A stretch of 64,000 bases of DNA, from contig CAWDSK010000002.1 of NCBI GenBank assembly GCA_963804995.1, positions 96,001 to 160,000 of the forward strand. Reading direction: 5' to 3'. Of this stretch, positions 41,728 through 50,044 are shown one piece after another; position 1 is the stretch's first letter; each line of letters starts with the position of its first letter. The translations under genes and the position numbers were made by a program. Under the pieces are notes generated by a model. It made no database searches, was not told where the DNA came from, and saw only the letters and a program-made list of their open reading frames with translations. Origin of the DNA: an uncultured Acidobacteriota bacterium. Its GTDB lineage: Bacteria; Acidobacteriota; Terriglobia; UBA7540.

Positions 41728-43602
41728 CTATTCTACCGTCACTGACTTCGCCAGGTTACGCGGCTGGTCCACGTCGCAGCCCCGCAATACTCCGATGTGG
41801 TAGGCCAGCAATTGCAGCGGCACCACTTCCAGGATCGCCGAGAGCAGTTCATTGGTATGCGGCAGGACGATCAGGTGGTCCGCCATGTCGCACACTTCGC
41901 GATCGCCTTCGGTCACCAGCGCCAGGATGGAAGCGCCGCGCGCCTTCGCTTCCTTGATGTTCGAAATCGTGCGCTCGTAACGGGTGCGCGAATCCTCCGC
42001 GCTAAAGTCACACGTGGCGATCACCACCACCGGCAGGCCATCGGCGATCAACGCGTTCGGCCCGTGCTTCATTTCGCCGGCAGGATAGGCCTCGGCGTGG
42101 ATGTAGGAAAGCTTCTTCATCTTCAACGCGCCTTCGAGCGCCACAGGAAAGTGCACGCCCCGGCCAAGGAAGAGGAAATCCGATGAGCGGTAGAAATGCC
42201 GCGCCAGGTCTTCAAACTCATCGTCCTTCTGGAGCACGCTCTCGAGTTGTCCGGGGAGCGCGGTCAAAGCCGCCAGCAGTGGCTTTGCTTCCGCGCCTGT
42301 CAGATGGTGGCGGGTTTGCGCCAGGTAAACCGCAAACAGATAGAGCGCGGTCAACTGCGCGGTGAACGTCTTGGTTGAGCCCACACCAATTTCCGGACCC
42401 GCGTGGGTATAGATGGTGCCATGCGCCTCGCGCGGCGCCATGCTGCCCAGCACGTTGCAGATCACCAGCGTCTTCGAACCCTTGGCCTGCGCCTCGCGCT
42501 GGGCGGCGATGGTGTCAGCCGTTTCGCCGGATTGCGTGATGAGCAGCGTGAGTATTTGAGGATCGACCAAGGGGTCACGGTAGCGGAATTCCGAGGCGTA
42601 ATCCACTTCCACGGGCACGCGCGCCAGCCGCTCAATCAATACTTTTCCCGCGAGGCCCGCGTGCCGCGAGGTCCCGGCGGCGACAATCTTGATTTCCTTG
42701 AACGACCGGAAATCCTCCTCGCTGATTTCCATCTCATCCAGGAAGACCTGGCCGGACTCAGGCGAGACTCTGCCCAGAGCTGTGTCGCGCACTGCGCGGG
42801 GCTGCTCGTAGATTTCTTTAAGCGTGAAGTGCTTGAACCCACCCTTTTCGGCCAGAATGGGGTCCCAGGTGATGTGCTGGACGCGGCGCGTCACAGGATG
42901 GCCATCGAAATCGGTCAGCGTCACGCCGTTGGGAGTGAGCACGGCCACGTCGCCGTCGGCCAGGAAGAACAAGTCGCGGGTGTGGTAGAGGATGGCCGGG
43001 ACGTCGCTCGCCACAAAATATTCGTCCTTGCCCAGGCCGATTACCGCAGGCGGTCCCTGCCGCACCGCCACGATCTTGTTCAAATCGCGCGTGGAAATGA
43101 TCGCGAGCGCGAACACCCCCGTGAGCTGCCGCACGGCCGCGCGCACGGCGTCTTCAAGACTGGTCGCAGGGTGTGCGGGATCTAAGCTCCCCAGGTGCTT
43201 CTCCACCAGGTGAGCGATCACTTCCGTATCGACTTCAGTCGAAAACCGGTGGCCTTCGGCTTCGAGCTGCTTCTTCAGCTCCAGGTAGTTTTCAATAATC
43301 CCGTTGTGAACCACCATGACGGTGTGGTGACAATCGGAATGCGGATGCGCGTTCTCCTCCGTGGGCGCGCCATGCGTGGCCCAGCGCGTGTGTCCGATGC
43401 CATAGGCTCCGTCCACGGGATCGAGGCGGATTTTCTCCTCAAGGTTGCGCAACTTGCCCGGCGAGCGGCGGATGTCGAGCTTGCCCTCGCGCATCACCGC
43501 CAGGCCGGCGGAATCGTAGCCGCGGTATTGCAGCCGCTGCAATCCTTCCAGCAGTACGGGTACCACGCGCTTGTTTCCGATGTAGCCGATAATTCCCGAC
43601 AT
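41728..43602 (-). CDS. glmS: GlmS-like protein (glutamine-fructose-6-phosphate aminotransferase fold) with substituted catalytic residues
   Basis: [37 protein letters not shown] and [11 protein letters not shown] all present. N-terminus is MSGII (not MCGI) and the isomerase motif is LKMKKLSY (not LKLKEISY). Confidence 0.9.
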   Translation of the reverse strand: MSGIIGYIGNKRVVPVLLEGLQRLQYRGYDSAGLAVMREGKLDIRRSPGKLRNLEEKIRLDPVDGAYGIGHTRWATHGAPTEENAHPHSDCHHTVMVVHNGIIENYLELKKQLEAEGHRFSTEVDTEVIAHLVEKHLGSLDPAHPATSLEDAVRAAVRQLTGVFALAIISTRDLNKIVAVRQGPPAVIGLGKDEYFVASDVPAILYHTRDLFFLADGDVAVLTPNGVTLTDFDGHPVTRRVQHITWDPILAEKGGFKHFTLKEIYEQPRAVRDTALGRVSPESGQVFLDEMEISEEDFRSFKEIKIVAAGTSRHAGLAGKVLIERLARVPVEVDYASEFRYRDPLVDPQILTLLITQSGETADTIAAQREAQAKGSKTLVICNVLGSMAPREAHGTIYTHAGPEIGVGSTKTFTAQLTALYLFAVYLAQTRHHLTGAEAKPLLAALTALPGQLESVLQKDDEFEDLARHFYRSSDFLFLGRGVHFPVALEGALKMKKLSYIHAEAYPAGEMKHGPNALIADGLPVVVIATCDFSAEDSRTRYERTISNIKEAKARGASILALVTEGDREVCDMADHLIVLPHTNELLSAILEVVPLQLLAYHIGVLRGCDVDQPRNLAKSVTVE

Positions 43603-43676
43603 GATATTTCTCTTTAAGGAAGGTGGTGCAGCCCGAAACTCTCACGCCAACGCGGCGGCGAGTTGATGAATTGCTG

Positions 43677-43685
43677 ATTATAGCA
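43677..43685 (-). promoter_or_regulatory. Extended -10 promoter upstream of the glmS-like gene
   Basis: TGCTATAAT on the minus strand, ~75 nt before the ATG. Confidence 0.5.
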
Positions 43686-43800
43686 GCAGCACGCTCAGGC
43701 ACACTGGAATATGACAGGGCCACTCGGGGTGCAGGTTTGTAGCGGCAGCTCGTTTTTCGTCAGCGCCTTCGAGGAATAAATCCCGCCTTAGTGCGGTCAC

Positions 43801-45123
43801 TCACACCACCGGCTGCGCGAAGTAGGCGGGGTAGTGGCGCGGGAAGGACTTCTTCTCGCGATAGGAGCGGGCGAGTTCCATATAAATCCCCAGGTCGCGG
43901 TCGAGGTCCGACTGCGTGCCGTCGAAGTAGAAATTGCGGATGGGGATTCCGCCGTAGGCTTTACTGAGCTTCGGGTAGATGGCCTCGCTCACGATGCCGT
44001 TCATGCAGGTGAAGGGGCTGATATCGATGATGCCGTCGGCGCCATGCTTGGCAAGGTACGCGGCCTTGCCCACGCTCAGCACCATCTCACCCAGCGCACC
44101 GCCGGTGGGCAGATAAGGCCAGGCAAGCTCCAGGATTTCTTCGATGGGAGGCTCTTCATAGCCCACGAAATCATCCTCGAAGGGCGCCAGCAATGCCTTC
44201 TCGTCGGAGTGTTGGATGTGTGAGGTCAGGTGGGCTTTGACCATTGCCAACGAGAGTTTCCGGCCGGTCAGCAGGAGTTTACGTTTCTGCTCGTTGTTGG
44301 TGTACTCAACCCATTCGCCAATGTGGCTCAGCCAAGCCTCCGCCCCGTAGCTTTCCATCTTACGGACGAGGTCTTCGTTGGAGAAGGTGTTGAGGCGGCA
44401 GAAAATTTCGCCCACCACGCCGATCAGCGGGATCTCGCGATCGTAAAGCGCCGGGACACGCTGGAAGCGGGCACGGGCGCGGGTCATGGCCGCGGCGATA
44501 GACTGGAGCTGGCAGGCGGCCTCGGCGCAACTTGATTCGATCGTCTTGCACACGTCTTCCAGAGATTCCTGGAAGGCGCGGTCGGCAGCACCCGGAGCGG
44601 TTTCGTAGGGGCGCGTCTTGAGCAGCGCGCGGTGCAGCGTATCAGCCGCGAGCAGCGCCCGCCACGCCGTCCGCAGGAAAAGGTTGGCGATGTCAGCACC
44701 CAGGTCCGCGTACCCGTTCTCGCTGGTGGGGGAGAGAACTTGCACGTCGCCGTATCCCGCGTCGCGCAGAATCTTGCGCAGGAAGGGCGCGTATTGGCCG
44801 AAGCGGCATGGTCCGTCGGCCGTGGGCATGAAGAAAGCCGTATGTTCCGCGTTGAAGCCGGGCTGCTCGATCACGCGCAGGAAATCGCCCACCGTCACCT
44901 TGGCGGGATAGCATTCGTCGCCGGTGGTGTATTTAGCGCCCAGCTCACGCGTGCGCTCGTCGGACGGCGGTGTGGGTTTCGCGTCCACCCCCAGGAAGCG
45001 GAACGCCGCCGCAAAGGCTTCCGGACTGCCCTCGCCCATTGTGGGGATATAGAGGGTCTTCCCGCTCAGCGGGTGGCCGGGGTCTATTTTGCGGCTGACA
45101 TGACGGTGTCCGAAGAAGGGCAT
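43801..45123 (-). CDS. CoA-activase-associated protein (2-hydroxyacyl-CoA dehydratase-like)
   Basis: ECYP, GPCRFGQY, VVGEIFCR and SPFTCMNG motifs. ATG 45123 overlaps the upstream gene. Confidence 0.8.
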   Translation of the reverse strand: MPFFGHRHVSRKIDPGHPLSGKTLYIPTMGEGSPEAFAAAFRFLGVDAKPTPPSDERTRELGAKYTTGDECYPAKVTVGDFLRVIEQPGFNAEHTAFFMPTADGPCRFGQYAPFLRKILRDAGYGDVQVLSPTSENGYADLGADIANLFLRTAWRALLAADTLHRALLKTRPYETAPGAADRAFQESLEDVCKTIESSCAEAACQLQSIAAAMTRARARFQRVPALYDREIPLIGVVGEIFCRLNTFSNEDLVRKMESYGAEAWLSHIGEWVEYTNNEQKRKLLLTGRKLSLAMVKAHLTSHIQHSDEKALLAPFEDDFVGYEEPPIEEILELAWPYLPTGGALGEMVLSVGKAAYLAKHGADGIIDISPFTCMNGIVSEAIYPKLSKAYGGIPIRNFYFDGTQSDLDRDLGIYMELARSYREKKSFPRHYPAYFAQPVV

Positions 45124-48100
45124 CGCAAGAATCCTTTGCTGTCGAGATACGCTTCGCAGCGGGTGATGAAGCCTGCGTCGTTCGAGTGCCCGTCGAACTG
45201 CAGGATGAGCGAAGGCTTGCCCGCGGCGTCGTCCAGAAACGACTTGATGTAGGAGTCGGGGCCACACTTGAAGTTCGAAATGTAAACCAGGTGCAGATTG
45301 GGGTGGCGCCGCGCAATGCGGGCCGCGGCCAGGATGCGCCGCCCCGAATTCCAATACATGTTGGGATTAACGTCTGAGATATCCTCGAGGTCCAGCGGCA
45401 GGGCATCCATGGGAAGCACGTTCACACCATAGAGCGCGCGAAGCTTGCGCGGGATATCGCAATTCACGCTGCGGTCATAGAGATTGTACGGCCGCCCCAC
45501 CAGCACCAGGGCCGGTTCCGAAGTTTCCCGCAACTGATCGAGAGCCTCTCTACCCGCGTCCAGCAACGCGTCTGTGAAGGCGCCCTGCGCCGCGTAGGCA
45601 GCCATCACAGCCCGAGCGTTCGCGCGCGCCGACACACCCAGGCCTCGGGCGAACTTAGCCAGCGCCTTTTCCACATGCTTTCGTCCGAGGCGGAAATGCA
45701 CGGTGGGCGCCAGGAACTTGGATTGGGCAGCTTCCAATTGCGGCACCGCGCGGATGACGAACGGGAGGGTCTGGTTCCAGGGGCAGAGGTGGGAATCAAC
45801 CTTGCTCGGCGGCCCTTCCACGTTCACCATGTTGGGAATCAGGATGTAATCGATGCCCTTCTCAAGCAGGTTCTGGACGTGCCCATGCGCCACCTTCACC
45901 GGGAAGCACGGCTGGGCGATGGCCAACTCTTCACCCGCCATGGATATCTTGCGGTCGGTCGGGGAAGAGACTATGACGTCATAATTCAGTTCCTGGAAAT
46001 ACGCACACCAGAAGGGGAAACGGTCGTAGTAATACATCGTACGGGGAATCCCCACGGTGGGGCGGTTTCCCTTGGCCGGCAGCAGCGTTTCTTCCAGCAG
46101 TTTTTCGCGCCACTCGATCAAATCTTCGATCACGGGCTTGCGGTCAGTGCGTGCCCTCTTGCGGAACTTGTCAGAGCACTTGTCTCCCCAGTAGGTGCGT
46201 TGTCCCTCAATATTGAATTCCTTCATGTCGCAATAATTGGAGCAGGCCTGGCACACGAACTCGCGAGTGGTGAAGTTCACCCGATTCAGGTCATAGCCCC
46301 GGAAGCGGCTGGCCTCGGTGGTGCCCTTCATGCGGTCGCGGGCGATCAGAGCCATCCCAATGGCGCCGATCACGCCGTTGTGCGGCGGCACGATGACTTG
46401 CTTCCCAAGAATCTGCGAGAAGGCCGCCGCCACCGCGTCGTTGTAAGCCGTACCGCCTTGGAAGAAGATCACGTTGCCGATCTTCCGTCCCCGCACCACG
46501 CGGTTCAGATAGTTGAGCGCCACCGAATACGCCAGGCCCGCGGCCAGGTCTCCCACCTCCGCGCCTTTGTGCATCAACCCCGTGACGTCGCGCTCCATGA
46601 ACACGGTGCAGCGCTCGCCCAGGCGCGCGGGGTTGGCGGACCCCAGCGCCAGCCGCGCAAATTCTTCTTTGATGGAAATCCCCAGCTTCTCCGCCTGCTC
46701 TTCCAGGAACGAGCCGGTGCCCGCGGCGCAAGCCTCGTTCATGGTGAAGTCCACCACCACGCCCTTGTTGATGCGGATGAACTTGGAATCCTGCCCGCCG
46801 ATTTCGAAGATGGTGTCCACGGGTTCCATGCCCATCTGATTGCAGACGTGCATGGAGCCGGTCTTGTGCGCGGTGATTTCGTCGTTCACGGTGTCCGCGC
46901 CTACCAGTTCGCCGATCAACTCGCGGCCGGAGCCCGTGGTGCCCACGCCGCGAATATCGAGCGACGTGGCCAGCTCCGCCTCGATTTCCTTAAGGCCGCG
47001 ATCCACAACCTCAATCGGCCGCCCTTGAGTGCGGAGATAAATCTCCTTCAGCAGGTTTCCCTCCGCATCGATCACCACCAGGTTGGTTGAGACGGAACCG
47101 ATGTCGATGCCAAGATAGGCTTCCACCCGTTCGCCCGGAGCAGGCAGCCTCGCAGGTTCCGCGCGGTCGCGCAGCAAGAGGACATGCTGCATGGAGAGGG
47201 GATCTGAACAGGCAAAGTTCTTGCGGGCGGCCTCGTGCTGGCGCAATTGATGAATCCGCTTGAACGACCGCTTGCGGTATTCCTCCGCTTCCAGCATCGC
47301 CGCGCCCATCGCTCCCAGCCACGCGTAGTGCTCAGGAATAAGCAGGTCGGATTCGCTGAGCTTGAACGCCTCACGCAGGGCGTTTGAGACTCCCTGGTTC
47401 ATGGCCACGCCGCCAATAAACGCCACGGGAGGGACCACGGCGCGGCCCTTCACGATGCTCGATTTGTAATTACGCGCCACGGCGTCGCACAGGCCGCGCA
47501 GAATCTGGTCTGTGGTATAACCCTTCTGCTGGGCGTGAATCATGTCGGTCTTGGCGAAGACCGAACAGCGGCCCGCAATCCGCGCCGCGCAACTGGCCCC
47601 GCAGGCCGCGGGACCGACTTCCTCAATTGTGTAGAGCAGCCGTGTGGCCTGCTGGTCGATGAACGAACCCGTCCCCGCCGCGCATTCGCCGCTGGTCTGG
47701 TAATCAAGAATGCCCAGGTGCTTGCCGGACACGTTCGGGTCCATGCGGAGGTATTTGGAAGCTTCCCCTCCCATTTCGAAAACCGTGCGCACTTGCGGGT
47801 AGAACATCCGCAACCCCTTGGCAATGGCGCGGAATTCATTCTCGAAGTAGATGCCCAGAACTTTAGCAATCAGTTGGCTGCCGGAGCCCGTCACGCGAAT
47901 GCCTTCCACGCTTTCTTCCGGCAGGTGGTCGTAGAGCTCCTTCAGCAGGTCGAAGGTCGACTGGATGGGGCTTCCTTGCAGGCGGCGGTAACGCGACATC
48001 ACCAGCGGGCGGCCGGCAAAGGGACTTGCCTCCGGGAAGGAGGCGGCGTAAAAGGTTTCGGATTTCTCGGTAAGCTGCCGAAAACCGGGTCCATCGTCCG

Positions 48101-48164
48101 GGCCCCCAATGGCCGCCAACTTTAAACTAACGGCGCCGATATCCAGACCGATGTTGATGCTCAT
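45084..48164 (-). CDS. Acyl-CoA dehydratase activase (two BadF/BadG/BcrA/BcrD ATPase domains plus DUF2229-like domain)
   Basis: GLDIG/GIDIG, TGSG, GGE/GGQDSK, CAAGTGSF (twice), CSVF/CTVF, CFPVK and FKCGPDS motifs. Confidence 0.9.
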   Translation of the reverse strand: MSINIGLDIGAVSLKLAAIGGPDDGPGFRQLTEKSETFYAASFPEASPFAGRPLVMSRYRRLQGSPIQSTFDLLKELYDHLPEESVEGIRVTGSGSQLIAKVLGIYFENEFRAIAKGLRMFYPQVRTVFEMGGEASKYLRMDPNVSGKHLGILDYQTSGECAAGTGSFIDQQATRLLYTIEEVGPAACGASCAARIAGRCSVFAKTDMIHAQQKGYTTDQILRGLCDAVARNYKSSIVKGRAVVPPVAFIGGVAMNQGVSNALREAFKLSESDLLIPEHYAWLGAMGAAMLEAEEYRKRSFKRIHQLRQHEAARKNFACSDPLSMQHVLLLRDRAEPARLPAPGERVEAYLGIDIGSVSTNLVVIDAEGNLLKEIYLRTQGRPIEVVDRGLKEIEAELATSLDIRGVGTTGSGRELIGELVGADTVNDEITAHKTGSMHVCNQMGMEPVDTIFEIGGQDSKFIRINKGVVVDFTMNEACAAGTGSFLEEQAEKLGISIKEEFARLALGSANPARLGERCTVFMERDVTGLMHKGAEVGDLAAGLAYSVALNYLNRVVRGRKIGNVIFFQGGTAYNDAVAAAFSQILGKQVIVPPHNGVIGAIGMALIARDRMKGTTEASRFRGYDLNRVNFTTREFVCQACSNYCDMKEFNIEGQRTYWGDKCSDKFRKRARTDRKPVIEDLIEWREKLLEETLLPAKGNRPTVGIPRTMYYYDRFPFWCAYFQELNYDVIVSSPTDRKISMAGEELAIAQPCFPVKVAHGHVQNLLEKGIDYILIPNMVNVEGPPSKVDSHLCPWNQTLPFVIRAVPQLEAAQSKFLAPTVHFRLGRKHVEKALAKFARGLGVSARANARAVMAAYAAQGAFTDALLDAGREALDQLRETSEPALVLVGRPYNLYDRSVNCDIPRKLRALYGVNVLPMDALPLDLEDISDVNPNMYWNSGRRILAAARIARRHPNLHLVYISNFKCGPDSYIKSFLDDAAGKPSLILQFDGHSNDAGFITRCEAYLDSKGFLRCPSSDTVMSAAK

Positions 48165-48602
48165 AGGCTTCCAGGGATTGCTATTGGACGCCAAGGATAA
48201 GGCCACTTGGCCTGCTCATCCACCCCTTCTGTTCCGGCATTCCCGCCGCTCGCCCTGGCACGAGGGATAGTAGGTTCGGGTCAAAACACGCTAAGGCCGA
48301 CTACAAGGAGAAACACCGGCAATTCAGATTCCGAGGGGCGACGGGAGGTCTAAAATCGGCCAATTTGACAGTTAAAATCGGAAGCATAGTCCGATTTATT
48401 GCGACAATCTGTCTCGCCCCTTGATTCATCCGGGCCATCTGACCTGTCGTCGCTTTCCGCGCCAATCATGATATGAGCTCCAAGATGGTTTCTTCCTTAA
48501 CGAAACTCTCCGTGTCCTCCCTAACGCAACATCGCAAATCCTCTTTTTGAGCATAAGTTTTGAATTTTCACGTAGGGCCGACGCTTGGTGCGAATGGCGA
48601 TG

Positions 48603-48998
48603 GCTTGGTCCATTTTTCTTCCCATTTTCTTCACTAACTACCTTTCTTTTCATAAACATCGTTAGAAAGAATACATAACTTACTTGCTTTCATCAACTTG
48701 GAGAAGCTTGCTCCATTTTTCTTCCCACTCTTTTCATCTAACTCCCTTTCTTTTCATAAACATCGTCAGAAAACATTCATAACTTACTTGTTTTCATCAA
48801 CATCGTTAGACTTGCCAAATTGTCGCTTTTGTTTTCCTTTGTTTTCATACACATCGTTAGACTATCCTGATCGAAATTATTTGCGCTATTTTCCTTACCC
48901 GCAGTAAATGTAACTCATTTTATTTCAACTAGATAGGTTTTTGCCAAAAAACCTCTTTCCACGCCTAACCCTCTTTCTTTTCATAAACATCTTCAGAA
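48603..48998 (-). repeat. AT-rich array of about 6-7 degenerate repeats, including a ~103-bp tandem duplication
   Basis: TTTTCATmmACATCgTyAGA at ~48647, 48751, 48791, 48842 and 48978; partial copies at ~48688 and ~48920. 48603-48697 resembles 48706-48801. Confidence 0.85.
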
Positions 48999-49714
48999 GC
49001 AGCGGGCGCTGGAGGCCGAAAGACGGAAGAATTTGGTCTTGGCATGGCGCTGCGCTCTCCCCAAAGCGTCTCCGTGACCTCGGGGAGAAAGCTCTTCGGG
49101 ATGCAGAGGACACAGAGACATGTTTGCAGACACAAGAAGCATTCTCGGCGGGCTGGCGCAGAACGAGCTCAGCTCCGCGATTTATGGCTCTCGCCGCCCG
49201 AACACGCTCGGATTTGGATAGGCCCGTTGATATTTTCATTTCAAGTTCTGAGCAAGACGCAGAGCCAAAAATCCTGGCTCTGCGCCACCCGGCCCGTCAA
49301 CTCTCCGTGACCTCTGTGCCCTCTGTGGTGAGTCTTTTCTGCGCCGCACTCGAAGACGTTGGCGCTTAGTGCTACAGAGACTTGTTTGCAAACAGAAGAA
49401 GCATTCACGGTCGGGCACAGCAGCCCTCCGGTCTCGGGGTCCCCGGTTCTTCGAGGGCTGCCTGGACACCTCATGGGGCTAAACCTTCCTCACCTCTATT
49501 GTGCTCTTAATCGACTGGGTTATGTCAATAAGATAAATGCACCTTCAGGCTACCGGTAGCCCAAAAGTGCAGTGAGGGCGCGTAAATGTCCGGAACTCCC
49601 CAAAAAACCACCGCTTTGCCGGGTTTTCACGCAGATCTCCCTTCCGACGACCCGAAGTGTATGCCGCAGCGAGTTGAGAAATAACGGCCAACAATCGAAA
49701 TCACAATTGCCCCT

Positions 49715-49788
49715 TTATCCACCGCGTTTTCCACAAGCCAAGTCATTGAAAATAGGCTAAGGCATTGAGGTTTTCCACATGTGGAAAA
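49715..49788. promoter_or_regulatory. Cluster of four DnaA-box-like sites with an IHF-like site
   Basis: TTATCCACC 49715, TTTTCCACA 49727, TTTTCCACA 49771, TGTGGAAAA 49780; CAAGTCATTGAAA 49739-49751. Confidence 0.55.
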
Positions 49789-49800
49789 CCCCGCGATCCT

Positions 49801-50001
49801 GAGGCACTCGGCGCGGTCAGCGAGGCAACGCAGGCGCAGTATGTTCAGCAAGTGAGGGCAATCCTGCCGAGCCTGCCTTACGTGGAGAGGGCCCATTGGT
49901 ACCAATTGCAGGATGCCTGCAGCCGAGCCGATGATCCGGAATGCAACTATCGGCTGTACCGCACCGATGGTTCGCCCAAGCCGGGGGTGCTCAATTGGTA
50001 G
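49801..50001 (+). pseudogene. C-terminal remnant of a clan GH-A-like glycoside hydrolase
   Basis: VSEATQAQY...PYVERAHWYQLQD...Y.L..TDGSPKP resembles the last strands of GH5/GH39-type barrels. No N-terminal part. Confidence 0.45.
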
Positions 50002-50044
50002 GGAAGCAAGTCAGTTACAGATGCTCGCACGTACGCCAGCCAGC

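Noticed and set aside
43603..43800. glmS ribozyme upstream of the glmS-like gene
   Set aside because: The conserved AGCGCC...GACGAGG core is not visible on the coding strand, and the leader after the putative promoter is only about 70 nt.
48603..48998. CRISPR array
   Set aside because: Repeats are degenerate, spacing is irregular, spacers are partly duplicated and no cas gene is in the window.
48925..49560. Short ORFs in the repeat-rich gap
   Set aside because: Their translations simply reflect the repeats; no ribosome-binding site or family motif.
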